A stretch of DNA of 64,000 nt from Octopus vulgaris. Taxonomy: Eukaryota. The translations under genes were made by a program, and so were the position numbers. Positions within the stretch are counted from its first letter, which is position 1; every line of letters begins with the position of its first letter. The notes under the pieces were generated by a model, which was not told where the DNA came from, made no database searches, and saw only the letters and a program-made list of their open reading frames with translations. The stretch is taken from assembly GCA_951406725.2 (NCBI GenBank), contig OX597825.1:11160001-11224000 (forward strand), written 5' to 3'. This document shows, one piece after another, positions 37,847 to 49,698 of this stretch.

Positions 37847-38315
37847 GTGAGTATTTTCACTTTTCTAATATATGAACTATGTCTGTGCGTATCACTTAGG
37901 CTTACGAGAGAGGGATTACCTCCCTTTGCAAATACCATAAGGGCACAGATAGTGTGCCTAAAGCCAGCTGGAGACGATGATCTCCTGGGGCTAAAAGCTA
38001 CAGTAACACCCACCCTTAGTGGTTAGCCATATTGAGATGGCTATTATACTTTACAATATATGAACTGTTACACAGAAAGTTCTTCTGTAGTTTGCATGTT
38101 TATACAAAGTGAAATTGTTTAAAAATTCTAGTTGTTTAAATACACATACTTGAGAAACTAAATTATAATGATAATCAGTTGCAATGATTAATATCATTAA
38201 ATCCTGAAGACTGCATTTTTAATTGCCATGAGATGTCTTTTTTTTGGTTTTCATTTTTCACATGCATCTCTCTATATCTTGCTCTTTTTTTTTACCTTTA
38301 GATGTTTGAGCTTAA

Positions 38316-38529
38316 CCCTTTTGACACTGTATTTATTTTGAGATGCTCTGTATTTCTTTCAATTACTTTAAATATAACAAAGAATTTAGTAAAATAACTT
38401 AGTTATCATTCAGCTAGTGTTAAGAACATAAATTGTAACTAAGGTTTGGTGGAAGATTTTAATTCAAAACTTATGAAAACAAGAGATTTGTACTCAGAGC
38501 TGGTTTCAGCCGGGTTGGTAACGAAAGGG
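38316..38529. mobile_element. piggyBac-type MITE (same family)
   Basis: TTAA TSD with the same interior. Confidence 0.88.
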
Positions 38530-38559
38530 TTAAGCCACATTTTAGTAGGGTCTAGAATG

Positions 38560-38990
38560 ACTTGGAGGAAAACTCTGCTATGATAGCTCGTTACGGAAGT
38601 TGTGAACAATTTCTTGTACTTGCGCAGTATGATCACTTGTGATGGAGGCATAGAAAGTGATGCAAACAGCAGTATTGGCAAAGTTGGGTCTAGAGTCTAT
38701 TGTAAGTGCCAAAACTGGGGAACAACATGCATCAGTTTTAACATAAAACTTTGGTCATATAGTGCACTGCTCTTGCCAACAGTTCTGTATAGCAATGAGA
38801 CAGGAAGAATAAAAGCAAAGATGGCCAAGAAGCTAGATACATTCCATCACCAATGTCTGTGGAACATCCTCAAAGTTACCTGGTGGGGTAGAATTTCAAA
38901 TGTAGAAATTCTTCTGCAAAGTAACCCACTGCTGCTGCAAAGCATCATGATGATGCATCAATTTTACCTGGTGGGTGACGTTTTGTTCCT
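38560..38990 (+). mobile_element. RTE LINE RT C-terminal fragment
   Basis: ORF 38602..38997: FLYLRSMITCDG..LLPTVLYSNET..KLDTFHHQCLWNILKVTW..ISNVEIL. Confidence 0.8.
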
Positions 38991-39139
38991 TTTTTGATTA
39001 GGCCCATAAATAGAAGCTCAGTAGCAATTAATAACGATGGTCATTCGAAATCAAATTAGGAAATAATTATTTAGTGTTTAAAGAAAAAAAAATATCATTG
39101 TATAATATTTTTTAATTCTTCTAAATTACTTCATTTCAG

Positions 39140-39204
39140 CCTGTTTCATCCACACCCTATCCTCACGAAAGCCTCCAATCTCCAAAACCAACAGTTCCGT
39201 CTAA
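39140..39204 (+). CDS. p53: p53-family proline-rich exon (PVSSTPYPHESLQSPKPTVPS)
   Basis: tttcag acceptor, AA|gtaagt donor; continues into the conserved VPSN-x-x-YPG start of the DNA-binding domain. Confidence 0.92.
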
Positions 39205-39659
39205 GTAAGTTATGGCTTTCAATTTTCTTTACTGGCAGATCTCATTTTGTGTAGCTGGAAAATGTAATAGGTTTGTTTGTTGTTTAATACAACTAATAAA
39301 GCCACAAAAAGTGGTAGTTGGTATGTGCATTACCTAAATTAGATCAAAAGATTCAATGCATGATTATCATCAATATCAATCTAACTTCTAAACTGAAAAA
39401 GAAATTGGCAAGGCAAATGGCAAGGGAACTTTTTATTTAAGATGGTTGATTGTGATTTGATAGAAATCTGATTGCTATTTCTTGTAGGTCTTTAATGTAT
39501 GTAGGTTACCTAATTTGCTTAATTATATAATGTAATTATTCATTCTGTTTACACCAATACCTCTGATGCTCTGCTACCTTCTTGACTTGAACTTAAACTT
39601 TCTCATAGTTTAATGTTGCAGTTTTAAACAAACAATGCTCATTTCCTTAATTAATTTAT

Positions 39660-40380
39660 TGAAGAATTCGAGAAGAAATACCAAATGTGGAAACAAATGC
39701 TAGAATCACATGGTCTTAAACTATATTTAACAGCAACAAAAGTTTTAGTGGTATAGAAGACAGGACTCTATTACTGCTACCTGAGAAATGGCCATCTTCT
39801 ATATGCAAGAAAGAAGTTGTCTGGAATTCTGTACAGTGTACTGAATGTGTAAATTATGGGTGTATATGAGCTGCAGTGGGATCATAGGAACGCTGACAGG
39901 ATAAGATTTCATGCCCATAAAATATATTATTTCAATGGGTCAGAGGGCTTCTCTGAAGTAATTGACAGCTTCTGTTGTGTACTTGACCTAAATAGAAGTG
40001 GAGGATTAGTGTTTTGAAAGCATTGCAGCCAGAGTAAGAATAGAGTGGAAAAAGTTCAGAATAAATATTGTTGGCAATAAATAGATATTCTCTCCAAACA
40101 ATGGACAGATTTTATTATGCTGTACCAAGTGTGTTGATTGGAGAATGTGTAAAGTTGGTACACTGGATATGTTCATGAATGACAGAACATGGTTTAACTG
40201 GGGGACCAAGTAATACGAATGGAAGGAACCTGTGGCAGAGAAAGAGATGGGAAGAAATAATGAAGGCTGATCTCAGGGGATTGAACCTCTCTTGTAGGTT
40301 ATGACAAAGGGTTGCCATAACACCATTGCAACCCTTGCCAGCATGAGTCCTTCCCACCCCATGATGATTATCGTGTCAGA
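39660..40380 (+). mobile_element. highly degenerate RTE LINE fragment
   Basis: KKYQMWKQMLESHGLKL..ATKVLV and KWPSSICKKEV remnants, ending in KRWEEIMKADLRGLNL. Confidence 0.6.
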
Positions 40381-40431
40381 CATGCTATTTTCATTGAGTC
40401 GTCTAAATCACTAAGTTACAAAATAGTTTTC

Positions 40432-40670
40432 TCGGTGGCACGTAAAAAGCACCATCCGACTGTGGCCGTTTGCCAGCCCCGTCTGGCACGTAAAAAGCAC
40501 CCACTACACTCACGGAGTGGTTGGCGTTAGGAAGGGCATCCAGCCATAGAAACATTGCCAGATCAAACTGGGCCTGGTGCAGCCTTCTGGCTTCCCAGAC
40601 CCCAGTTGAACCGTCCAACCCATGCTAGCACGGAAAACGGCCATTAAACAATGATGATGATGATGATGAT
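40432..40670 (+). mobile_element. RTE-type 3'-end repeat
   Basis: Same family in the opposite orientation, with a (GAT)n tail. Confidence 0.85.
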
Positions 40671-42096
40671 ATGTTCACCTGAGTTTTTAGTGTTCTGTCT
40701 AGTACACACGTCATTTCAGTAGACATTGCATCTTTTAAAAACTTATTTTTAGCATTATTAACAAAATTATTTCTTGCCTTCTGAACTAAGTTGCTTCTTC
40801 AAAGCATCTAGGTCTTACATTCAATTTGCTGTGGACCCTAGTCTTAAATTTTAAACTGTTTTATTTCAAGTTTGAAACATTTCCTGCTGTATTTTGTTGG
40901 ATTCTGAATGTTAGATCCTTGGGACATAGAAGTTCCCATTGAACTTCAGCGGATATGGGCATGGCGGTGTGGTTAGGGAGCTTGCTTCCTAGCTACATGG
41001 TTTCGGGTTCAGTCCCACTGCGTGGCACATTGGGCAGGTGTCTTCCAATATAGCTCCGAGCCGACCGAAGCTTTGTGATTGAATTCGGTAGGCGGAAGTT
41101 ACTGCCGTATGTGTATATGTGCGTGTAGGTGCTCAGTGCCTCTCCAAAAGTGAGAGAGAGAGAGAGAGGGTACCTCTATGTTAAATTTCTGACAGGTTGC
41201 CGTCTATTCTTGTTGTATTGTTAACTCACTTCATATGTGTATCCTAAATAACCCTTACTTATCAATCAGCTAGGCTTTTTCATTTCTGAGAATACTTCCT
41301 TGTCTGAAATCTATTAGGTTTTCTGTATTGTATATCAGGATTCTCATCTTTCTAATAAACTGCTAATGAAACTTACTTTATATCCTGTAAAACTTATTTA
41401 TGCTCAGTGAAATTTTCTTCATAACCAGGAATGGAACTTCACATGTCAAATTAGTTTATCAACTTAACGCTTGCATAAAATTATTTGGAACAAATCTCAT
41501 TTTTCTATTGTTTACAGTTGATGTTTAAAGTTGTTTTTATTGTTGTTTTGTTATGTAGTTCAGGGATTAAAGTATTGCGAGCCTGGTGCAGCCTCCTGGC
41601 TTGCCAGTCCCCAGTGAAATCTTCCAACCCATGCCAGCATGGAAGACGAACATTAAATGGTGATGATGATGTTTATAACTTTTCTAAGTTCATCAGTTAA
41701 AAATGTGATCTGCACTGTTGCCCTCTGACAAGAGTTGAAATGGCTGAGTGGATCAGCTAATGAATTATTGCCTCGTGCTTTGTAAGTTCAACTCAATCAC
41801 AGGGGTTTAACTGTGTTTTCTCTGCAGGAATAATTAATTCTACTATATCTTATTTCACCTATCATTAACTCCTTTCTACTATATTTCTAACAGAAATTCA
41901 TCATTGATAGATGTCAATTAAATTCTAAAATAATTAAGAACTTAGCTAGGTTTTATGAAGCATCTAACTTGCCATTTTCATAGTCATGTAAATGGGATAT
42001 GGAATAAAAGCTTACAAACATTTCTTAAATCTGTAACAGAATTTTCATTTCAAATCTGTTCAAATTACAAGTGAATTCAGTAACTAGTAACATATA

Positions 42097-42473
42097 GGCG
42101 TAGGAGTGGCTGTGTGGTAAGTAGCTTGCTTACCAACCACATGGTTCCGGGTTCAGTTCCACTGCATGGCATCTTGGGCAAGTGTCTTCTACTATAGCCT
42201 CGGGCCGACCAAAGCCTTGTGAGTGGATTTGGTAGATGGAAACTGAAAGAAGCCCGTCATGTGTGTATGTTTGTGTGTCTGTGTTTGTCCCCCCAACATC
42301 GCTTGACAACCGATGCTGGTGTGTTTACGTCCCTGAAACTTAGCGGTTCAGCAAAAGAGACCGATAGAATAAGTACTAGGCTTACAAAGAGTAAGTCCTG
42401 GGGGTAGATTTGGTCGACTAAAGGTGGTGCTCCAGCATGGCCACAGTCAAAATGACTGAAACAAGTAAAAGAG
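42097..42473 (+). mobile_element. tRNA-derived SINE family A
   Basis: A box tggctgtgtgg, B box gggttcagttcc, tail ggtgctccagcatggcc..gactgaaac. Other copies at 1-58(-), 18192-18599(-), 24238-24640, 35660-35900, 40955-41100, 49485-49907, 50589-50967, 55150-55260(-) and 60286-60645(-). Confidence 0.88.
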
Positions 42474-42529
42474 TATATTACAAGTGTGCCACTGTGACAT
42501 ACACATGTTGCTAAACTAAGTAAGTTTTT

Positions 42530-42576
<47 letters not shown>

Positions 42577-43149
42577 CACACTTGTGCATGTATATACGTG
42601 TGGAGCAGGGTAATAGTTTGGGTTGGCTTGGCTCTACTTTCACTCTTATAGTTGTTTAGTTCTGGACTCTAGTTCCTAGAAATATTGTTGATCTTGATTA
42701 GTGGCTCTGTAAATAAAAGGTTGTGAGAAGTTGTTATATCAACAGCATAGATTGCTATGGGTGTTTGTGTAAATCAAAGCACACGGATGAATGAAAACTG
42801 AACATTCAGTGCCACAATATTCAGGATTATACTGACTTCTTTTCCAAAGCTGAAGTGTGACTCACATTGCAGTGCTGCTAACCTATTTGGTATGATGCAT
42901 ATATTATATATACAAACATTCTAGACTGTCTAACAATTCAGCTGATTGGTAAACTCTAACATAAAAACATAATGCAGTCATTACTACACTACTGTGCTGT
43001 GTTTGCCGTCTGTTTTTCTTTTTTTCTTGTTCTTCATCTAAATCTACTAAACACAACTTCCATTAGCCTAGCTAACTTCTCAATCCCCATTAAACATTTG
43101 TTCTAGCATTGCAGCTCTCTGGAATCGTCTCTTGCTTATATTTTTCTTT

Positions 43150-43295
43150 TACATTATTTACATTTGATGGATATTTGTCCTCATCTTGTTTGTTGTTAGC
43201 ACAACATTTTGGCTGATATACCCTCCAGCCTTCATCAGGTGTCTTGGGGGAAATTTCGAACTTGGGTTATCATTCTCAAGGTATTTTTTCGATGC

Positions 43296-43330
<35 letters not shown>

Positions 43331-43735
43331 TCACTGTCTGGAATTGAACTTGGAATCTTAACCACTATGCCATATGCCGGGCTGGTTAAGAGCACAAGCT
43401 ACTAACCCCAAGATTCTGAGTTCTATTCCTGATAGTGACCTGAATAATAATAATAATAAATAATATAATAATAAATAATAATGAATAATAAAAATAATGA
43501 ATAATAATAATAATAAATAATAATAATAAATAAATAATAATAACAATTAATAATAATAAATAAATAATAATAATAATAATACCAGCAGCAGCAGCATCAA
43601 AAAAATACCTTAGGAATGAGAACTGAGGTTCTAAATTTCCCCAAGACACCTGATGAAGGCAGGAGGGTATATCAGCCGAAGCATTGTGTTAACAACAAAC
43701 AAGATGACAAATATCCGTCAAATATAAATAATGTA
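43150..43735. mobile_element. head-to-head inverted dimer of a tRNA-headed, hammerhead-tailed repeat
   Basis: The two arms are reverse complements; the unit has an A/B-box-like head, an (AAT)n tract and ACAC-CTGATGA-AGGC(T/A)G..CAGCC-(G/A)AA..GTG. Confidence 0.75.
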
Positions 43736-46682
43736 CATAATTCCTCATCTCTTAAATATAGAACTGTATGATATTTTTCTGTTAGATATCTCCGTACGGA
43801 AGTTCAGTTTTAACATCAATTATGTTAAGCTCTCTTGTCTGAGAGGTACAGCAAAAAAAATAGGGTTACAGCACTTCCTCTTTTATCTGAGTCATGAAAT
43901 GGTAATTTTTGCTGGGCTACCAACCAACCAACCATTCAGAATTCCATTGAGTCCAGACCTAACTTCATTTATCTGTCTTCACTGTAGCTATGTGAGCCTT
44001 TAATTAAAAAAGAACATACTGCATAACAACACCTATGTCTTAATTGACTGTGGGTGCTCTAAGTACTCTCTACATAGTTGATTGTGCATGAGTACAGAAC
44101 AGATGAAAGTCTGGTATATCCAGTGAAATCTCTCCAACAGTTTGATTGGCATTTTTTTTTCTGTGTACATAAATGTCTACTTGAATCTGGTTGACGTGAA
44201 GTGTTCAGCAGCAATAGCATAATGCTTAATACTGTTTCTGTTAGCTGCTTGTTCACCCTGTCTTAGTGTGTGTTTTGAAATAATAAAATATATTTCATAT
44301 ACGTATGTATGACTAAACATTATTACTCTTGCTTAATTATGGCATAGGACTAAAAAGAAACTCAATGTAATTCAGCTATAGAAAGTTGTGTGCTATTTTC
44401 ATCAACCAAAAAAAAAAAAAAGGCCAAAATACTTTGCCTTTCATGTATGCATACTCAAACAGGATGTGTGTGTGTAGATAGGTATATGTGTGTGAGTTGG
44501 CAGAAACGTTAGCATGCCGTGCGAAATGCGTAGCCGTATTTCGTCTGCCGTTACGTTCTGAGTTCAAATTCCGCCGAGGTCGACTTTGCCTTTCATCCTT
44601 TCGGGGTCGATAAATTAAGTACCAGTTACACACTGGGGTCGATATAATCGACTTAATGCGTTTGTCTGTCCTTGTTTGTCCCTTCGATGTGTAGCCCCTT
44701 GTGGGTAGTAAAGAAATAGGTATTTCGTCTGCTGCTACGTTCTGAGTTCAAATTCCGCCGAGGTCGACTTTGCCTTTCATCCTTTCGGGGTCGATAAATT
44801 AAGTACCAATTATGCACTGGGGTCGATAAAATTGACTTAATCCGTTTGTCTGTCCTTGTTTGTCCCCTTTGTGTTTAGCCCCTTGTGGGTAGTAAAGAAA
44901 TAGTTATATGTGTGCGTCTGGTTTGCTAATGTAACACTATTTCTGTTTGTATATGTATATTTGTGTGTATGGCTTTGTATGTGTGTGTATTTATACATGC
45001 ACACTTATATTTCTTTTTGTTAACGAGGAGGAGACAGCATAACAATCAGCTTATGTTGTGTAATTTTTTATGTGGATTCATTAGTACATAAGCTAACGTT
45101 TCCTTTTGACAACTGCGTTCCTTCAGATGTGCAGAATTGTGTACACACACACACACACACACATTTTCTCTCATTGTCTGCCTCTCTCTCACACTCACAC
45201 ACTGTTCACACACACACACAAGTGTTTGTATGCACACTTCCACATCCACACACTCAAAATACATCCATAAAATATATCTGTATAGATAAATCTGTGTAGC
45301 AACTCAGATTGACATTGATAAAATATATTCATACATAAATACTTGTGTGTGTACTATGTTCATACAAAAATATCCATACAGTGACACATGGACATGTCTT
45401 TAGACATTTGAATAATGCTTATAAAAAATGCTTTTTTTTTTTTATTTTACTCAAACATGTGATTAGTTTTGACATGATTTCCTTTGTAAGATATCTGACA
45501 GCATTTGTTTGTGAAAATAAATAAAAAGTTACCTATGTATAGGTCTTCACCTATCTGACAATGACCTGAACTTGTAGTTGGATAGCTACTATATTAAATT
45601 ATAGATTTATTCTGTTGGCCTATATCCTATCCTGTTTAGTGACCAAGTAGCCAATGTTTGAATGTATTGTTGCTGCCGGTCTGTTAATCTATGGTCTATT
45701 TCACACCTTTAGCCATCAGGAAAAGCAAAGCTCTTAACCTTTTCCCTCAGTTTCTCTCCATGCTTTATTTGGGTTAAAAATAGAAATTGCTGAGATCATT
45801 GTAATATTTATTAGTTGTTATACTGTTATAATTGATGGTTTTCTACTGAGAATTACATACAAACAATTACTACCATGTTGCCTACATTTTGCCTACATCT
45901 GTCTCAATTGATAATTATACTATTGTTTTACAGCTTATCTGAATTAATTTTTGTTGTCTAAATTGAGTTTTAGCTTTTTTAATTTCGTAATCATAAAATA
46001 AAATTAAAACTCATATACCATTTTTTTGTAAATTTTTCTTTGTAATAACAGTTTGATTATGAAATAACACAAAATGGCGGTGCCCCAGCATGGCCACAGC
46101 TCGTGAGCTGAAACGAGATAAAATAAAAAAAATATTAAAAAAATCATTGTTTTTCCTTTTATCTTTTGTTGTTAAATATTAACGAGCATTCTGAATATCC
46201 AAAAGAATATAGCAGGATATAATAAGGAATTTATTAAATCTTCTTGATAAATGATGGTATTTGTTAGGATTAGATGGAAATATGCTATGTGAGCCCTTAA
46301 TCCAGACAAGCATTGGAAAAATGAATGGTAAATCAATATTTAATAATGATGATGTACAGTTCAGCAATATGATGGGGGATGGAGAAATGGGGTAACATAC
46401 TTAGATGTTTATATTTATATATCAATAGGTCAGTAATGTTGGTGTAATTTTGTTTGATGTACTTGATTATCAAAACACTGTGCAATCATTGTCATATTAT
46501 TCATCATATTTCCTGTGTGGAGAGAATTTCTTCACAATTATATTTGTGTCTAATAGCTTTTACAACCTGTTATGAATTCACTGATGATGCTGATGTAAAT
46601 TACACTACACATTATAACTACAAATCTGAGGTTGGAAAGGACAAACATATCCACTCTTGCTCTTTTTTCTTGTATTGTTTAA

Positions 46683-46899
46683 CCCTTTAGTGTTCAGATT
46701 ACTCTGTTAAATGTAATGCTTATTTAAATTGTTTTGAATTAATCATGCATTACCTTATAGCTTTGAGGTTTCAATGATGTGAATATTTATTTTTAGAATG
46801 TCACTGTAGGTTAGGTGTGAGAGGCTAGATATGGCTAGTTCAAATATAAAACATGTAGAATATATTGGGCCGGATTTGGCCAGTTTAAACACTAAAGGG
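46683..46899. mobile_element. piggyBac-type MITE, second family
   Basis: TTAA|ccctttagtgtt ... aacactaaaggg|TTAA. Confidence 0.85.
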
Positions 46900-47169
46900 T
46901 TAATATCTGGCACACAATAAGCGCCATTCATGCCTGGGTTGTTGACAGTGCTGCCTGACTTGCTCCCCGTGCCGGTAGCACGTAAAATGCACCATCCGAA
47001 TGTGGTCGATGCCAGCCCCTTGCCCTAACTGGCCCCTGTGCCGGTAGCACGTAAAAACACCATCCAAACATAGCTGATGCCAGTGCTGCCTGACTGGCTC
47101 CTGCGCTGGTGGCACGTAAAAAGCACCCACTACATTCTCGGAGTGGTTGGTGTTAGGAAGGGCATCCAG

Positions 47170-47445
47170 GTTTTTCGTTGGCCACCATGACACTTTCGCC
47201 AACCCTGAAGGGGAGCTGGGGCAATTGCTTTGTGGATGAATTCTCTTGGTTGACGACGGAGTGCATGACTCAGCCAACGCAGACATCTCGTTAGGATGAC
47301 TTGTCGGAGGGAGGTGATTCTGCACTGGTGTTGCACCGAATTGTTGTAGACAAAGTGATGCCATTAGACACGAAGGATGTGGCGTAGACAGAGGTGATCG
47401 AAGGATTCTAGTCGCTTAATATCTTCCACCCTCATTGGCCATGAC
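47170..47445 (-). mobile_element. RTE LINE RT C-terminal fragment
   Basis: WPMRVEDIKRLESFDHLCLRHIL..LRWLSHALRR..GWRKCHGGQRKTW. Confidence 0.8.
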
Positions 47446-48261
47446 TTGTTGCCAAGTCAGGTCACTTCGAGTGCTATTGGTAACATGTAACCCAATACAA
47501 CCTGTTGCATGGTCGGGCCATCTGCGACTAAACCAGCAACCCCACTAAGCTTGCTTGGTGAGGAGGGTGTTTATTGGACACCCTGCGGGATGAAAAACAA
47601 AACCCGTCAAAGGGCGGAGGAACTCTTGAGAGTCAACGGCCATCCAATAAATGTGTAATTATATATCACCTCATCATGGAAAATCTACAGCAAACAAGAC
47701 GTTCTTCCAACAGGGATATACTTGCGGCTGGGGACCGCTAGCGAACTTCCTATTCCCAAGATCCTTCAAATATTCCTTATTCCCCCCCAAAAAAAAAATT
47801 TTTTCTCTGTCTTTCAACAATGCATTTTCAACTTCTTTTTTCTATATTTCTACCCGTGTGGAATAAAATAACTTTGTTTTCTAAATATATATATATATAT
47901 TCACATCACTCTTATCACACTATTTGTAGAATTGAATATTTCATGTTATTACAGTGCCATTATAATTACGGTAAAATTATTTAACTGTTAATGATCGCAT
48001 TCTTCTACCTGTAAATTCGTATTCTGAAAGATAATTCATTGTTTCTCACATTTATTAGAGACCCTGCATAACTGAAAGTTTTGTGGTAATTACAATAAGG
48101 TTAAATAATTTGTATTGAATGTGTGTCTCATTGTGTGGGTTTGCTGGGTTCAAATCTGAGAAATTAGTGTGTTTGTGTAATGTTACTATCATGGATTGAA
48201 ACAAAAATTACTCAAGTCTTGAAGCTTGTAATAACTTCCAGCAGACCATAGTACTATTCCT

Positions 48262-48648
48262 GTGGAGGCGCAATGGCCCAGTGGTTAGGGCAGCGGACTT
48301 GCGGTCGTAGGATCGCGGTTTCGATTCCCAGACTGGGCGTTGTGAGTGTTTATTGAGCGAAAACACCTGAAGCTCCACAAGGCTCCGGCAGGGGATGGTG
48401 GTGATCCCTGCTGTACTCTTTCACCACTACTTTCTCTCACTCTTACTTCCTGTTTCTGTTGTACCTGTATTTCAAAGGGCCGGCCTTGTCACTCTCTGTG
48501 TCACGCTGAATATCCCCGAGAACTACGTTAAGGGTACACGTGTCTGTGGAGTGCTCAGCCACTTACACGTTAATTTCATGAGCAAGCTGTTCCGTTGATT
48601 GGATCAGCTGGAACCCTCGTCATCGTAACCGACGGAGTGCTTCCATCC
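48262..48648 (+). mobile_element. tRNA-derived SINE family D, full length with 12-bp TSD
   Basis: Head ggcgcaatggcccagtggttagggcagcggac..gtttcgattccc; TSD agtactattcct at 48250-48261 and 48649-48660; related copy at ~57202-57450. Confidence 0.88.
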
Positions 48649-48900
48649 AGTACTATTCCTAGGACTTGCACTAACCATTTTCCCATTCCTTCTTTCTGGA
48701 ATTCTTTTCCAACACACTTCAGTTTGTTCTTGCATCAGTCTTACTGCAAAAGATCCAGACACAGTTCCCTAGAGACTAAAAGAAAGTCAATAAAATAATA
48801 GAGAAGTAAATTAAAATAGCTTAATCTACATCAAACATGCTTTTGAAAAAATGTAAAATATTTTATTTGAGATTTTTTTTTCTTTTTAAAAATTTTTTAG

Positions 48901-48979
48901 TACAAATTACCCAGGTGATTACCACTTCGAAATATCTTTTGCACAACCCTCAAAGGAAACAAAATCAACTACTTGGACA
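48901..48979 (+). CDS. p53: p53 DNA-binding domain exon ([27 protein letters not shown])
   Basis: ttttttag acceptor, ACA|gtaagt donor; YPG..F..F and KS.TWT loop L1 motif. Confidence 0.97.
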
Positions 48980-49649
48980 GTAAGTAATATTTTCTTGATT
49001 GTATTATGAATATATTTATTATAATCTTAAGAGATAATGTTGAAATTGTTTTATCTGTTAAATTATGTAAATTTCATGAAAAATCAATTCTCTAACATCT
49101 TGTTTGGTGAAGCATGTCTTTTGTGTTGGAGGTAGATTTTGGATATACGAGATAAAAATGCATGAAAAGCAATACGAAAATATAAAGTGATATATCCAAC
49201 CCATGCCAGCATGGAACATGGATGTTAAGTGATGCTGACTGATGTGGAAATGTGTGAATGATTTGAATCTGCCTGTGACTTTCATCCAAATTAAGATATA
49301 CTGGGATGTTGTACGAAGTTGTTGAGGTGTTGTGAATTCAACATATTTTACTTAGATCAGTTGTCTTATTGTTGGATTGTATTCACCACTGCTAACTGCT
49401 GTTTTGAAGCAGGAATGAAATTATTGCTTGACAGATACCAAGTTATGTTGTTACTTTATATATATATATATATATATATGTATAGGTGCAGGAGTGGCTG
49501 TGTGGTAAGTAGCTTGTTTACCAACCACATGGTTCCGGGTTCAGTCCCACTGCATGGCACCTTGGGTAAGTGTCTTCTACTATAGCCTCAGACCAACCAA
49601 AGCCTTGTGAGTGGGTTTGGTAGACGGAAACTGAAAGAAGCCCATCGTA

Positions 49650-49698
<49 letters not shown>

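Noticed and set aside
37484-38026. 180-aa ORF as a stand-alone gene
   Set aside because: Only 37754-37846 is bounded by splice sites and fits the p53 model; the rest is intron.
48262-48340. tRNA gene
   Set aside because: The tRNA-like head continues into a SINE body bounded by a TSD. The same applies to the other SINE heads.
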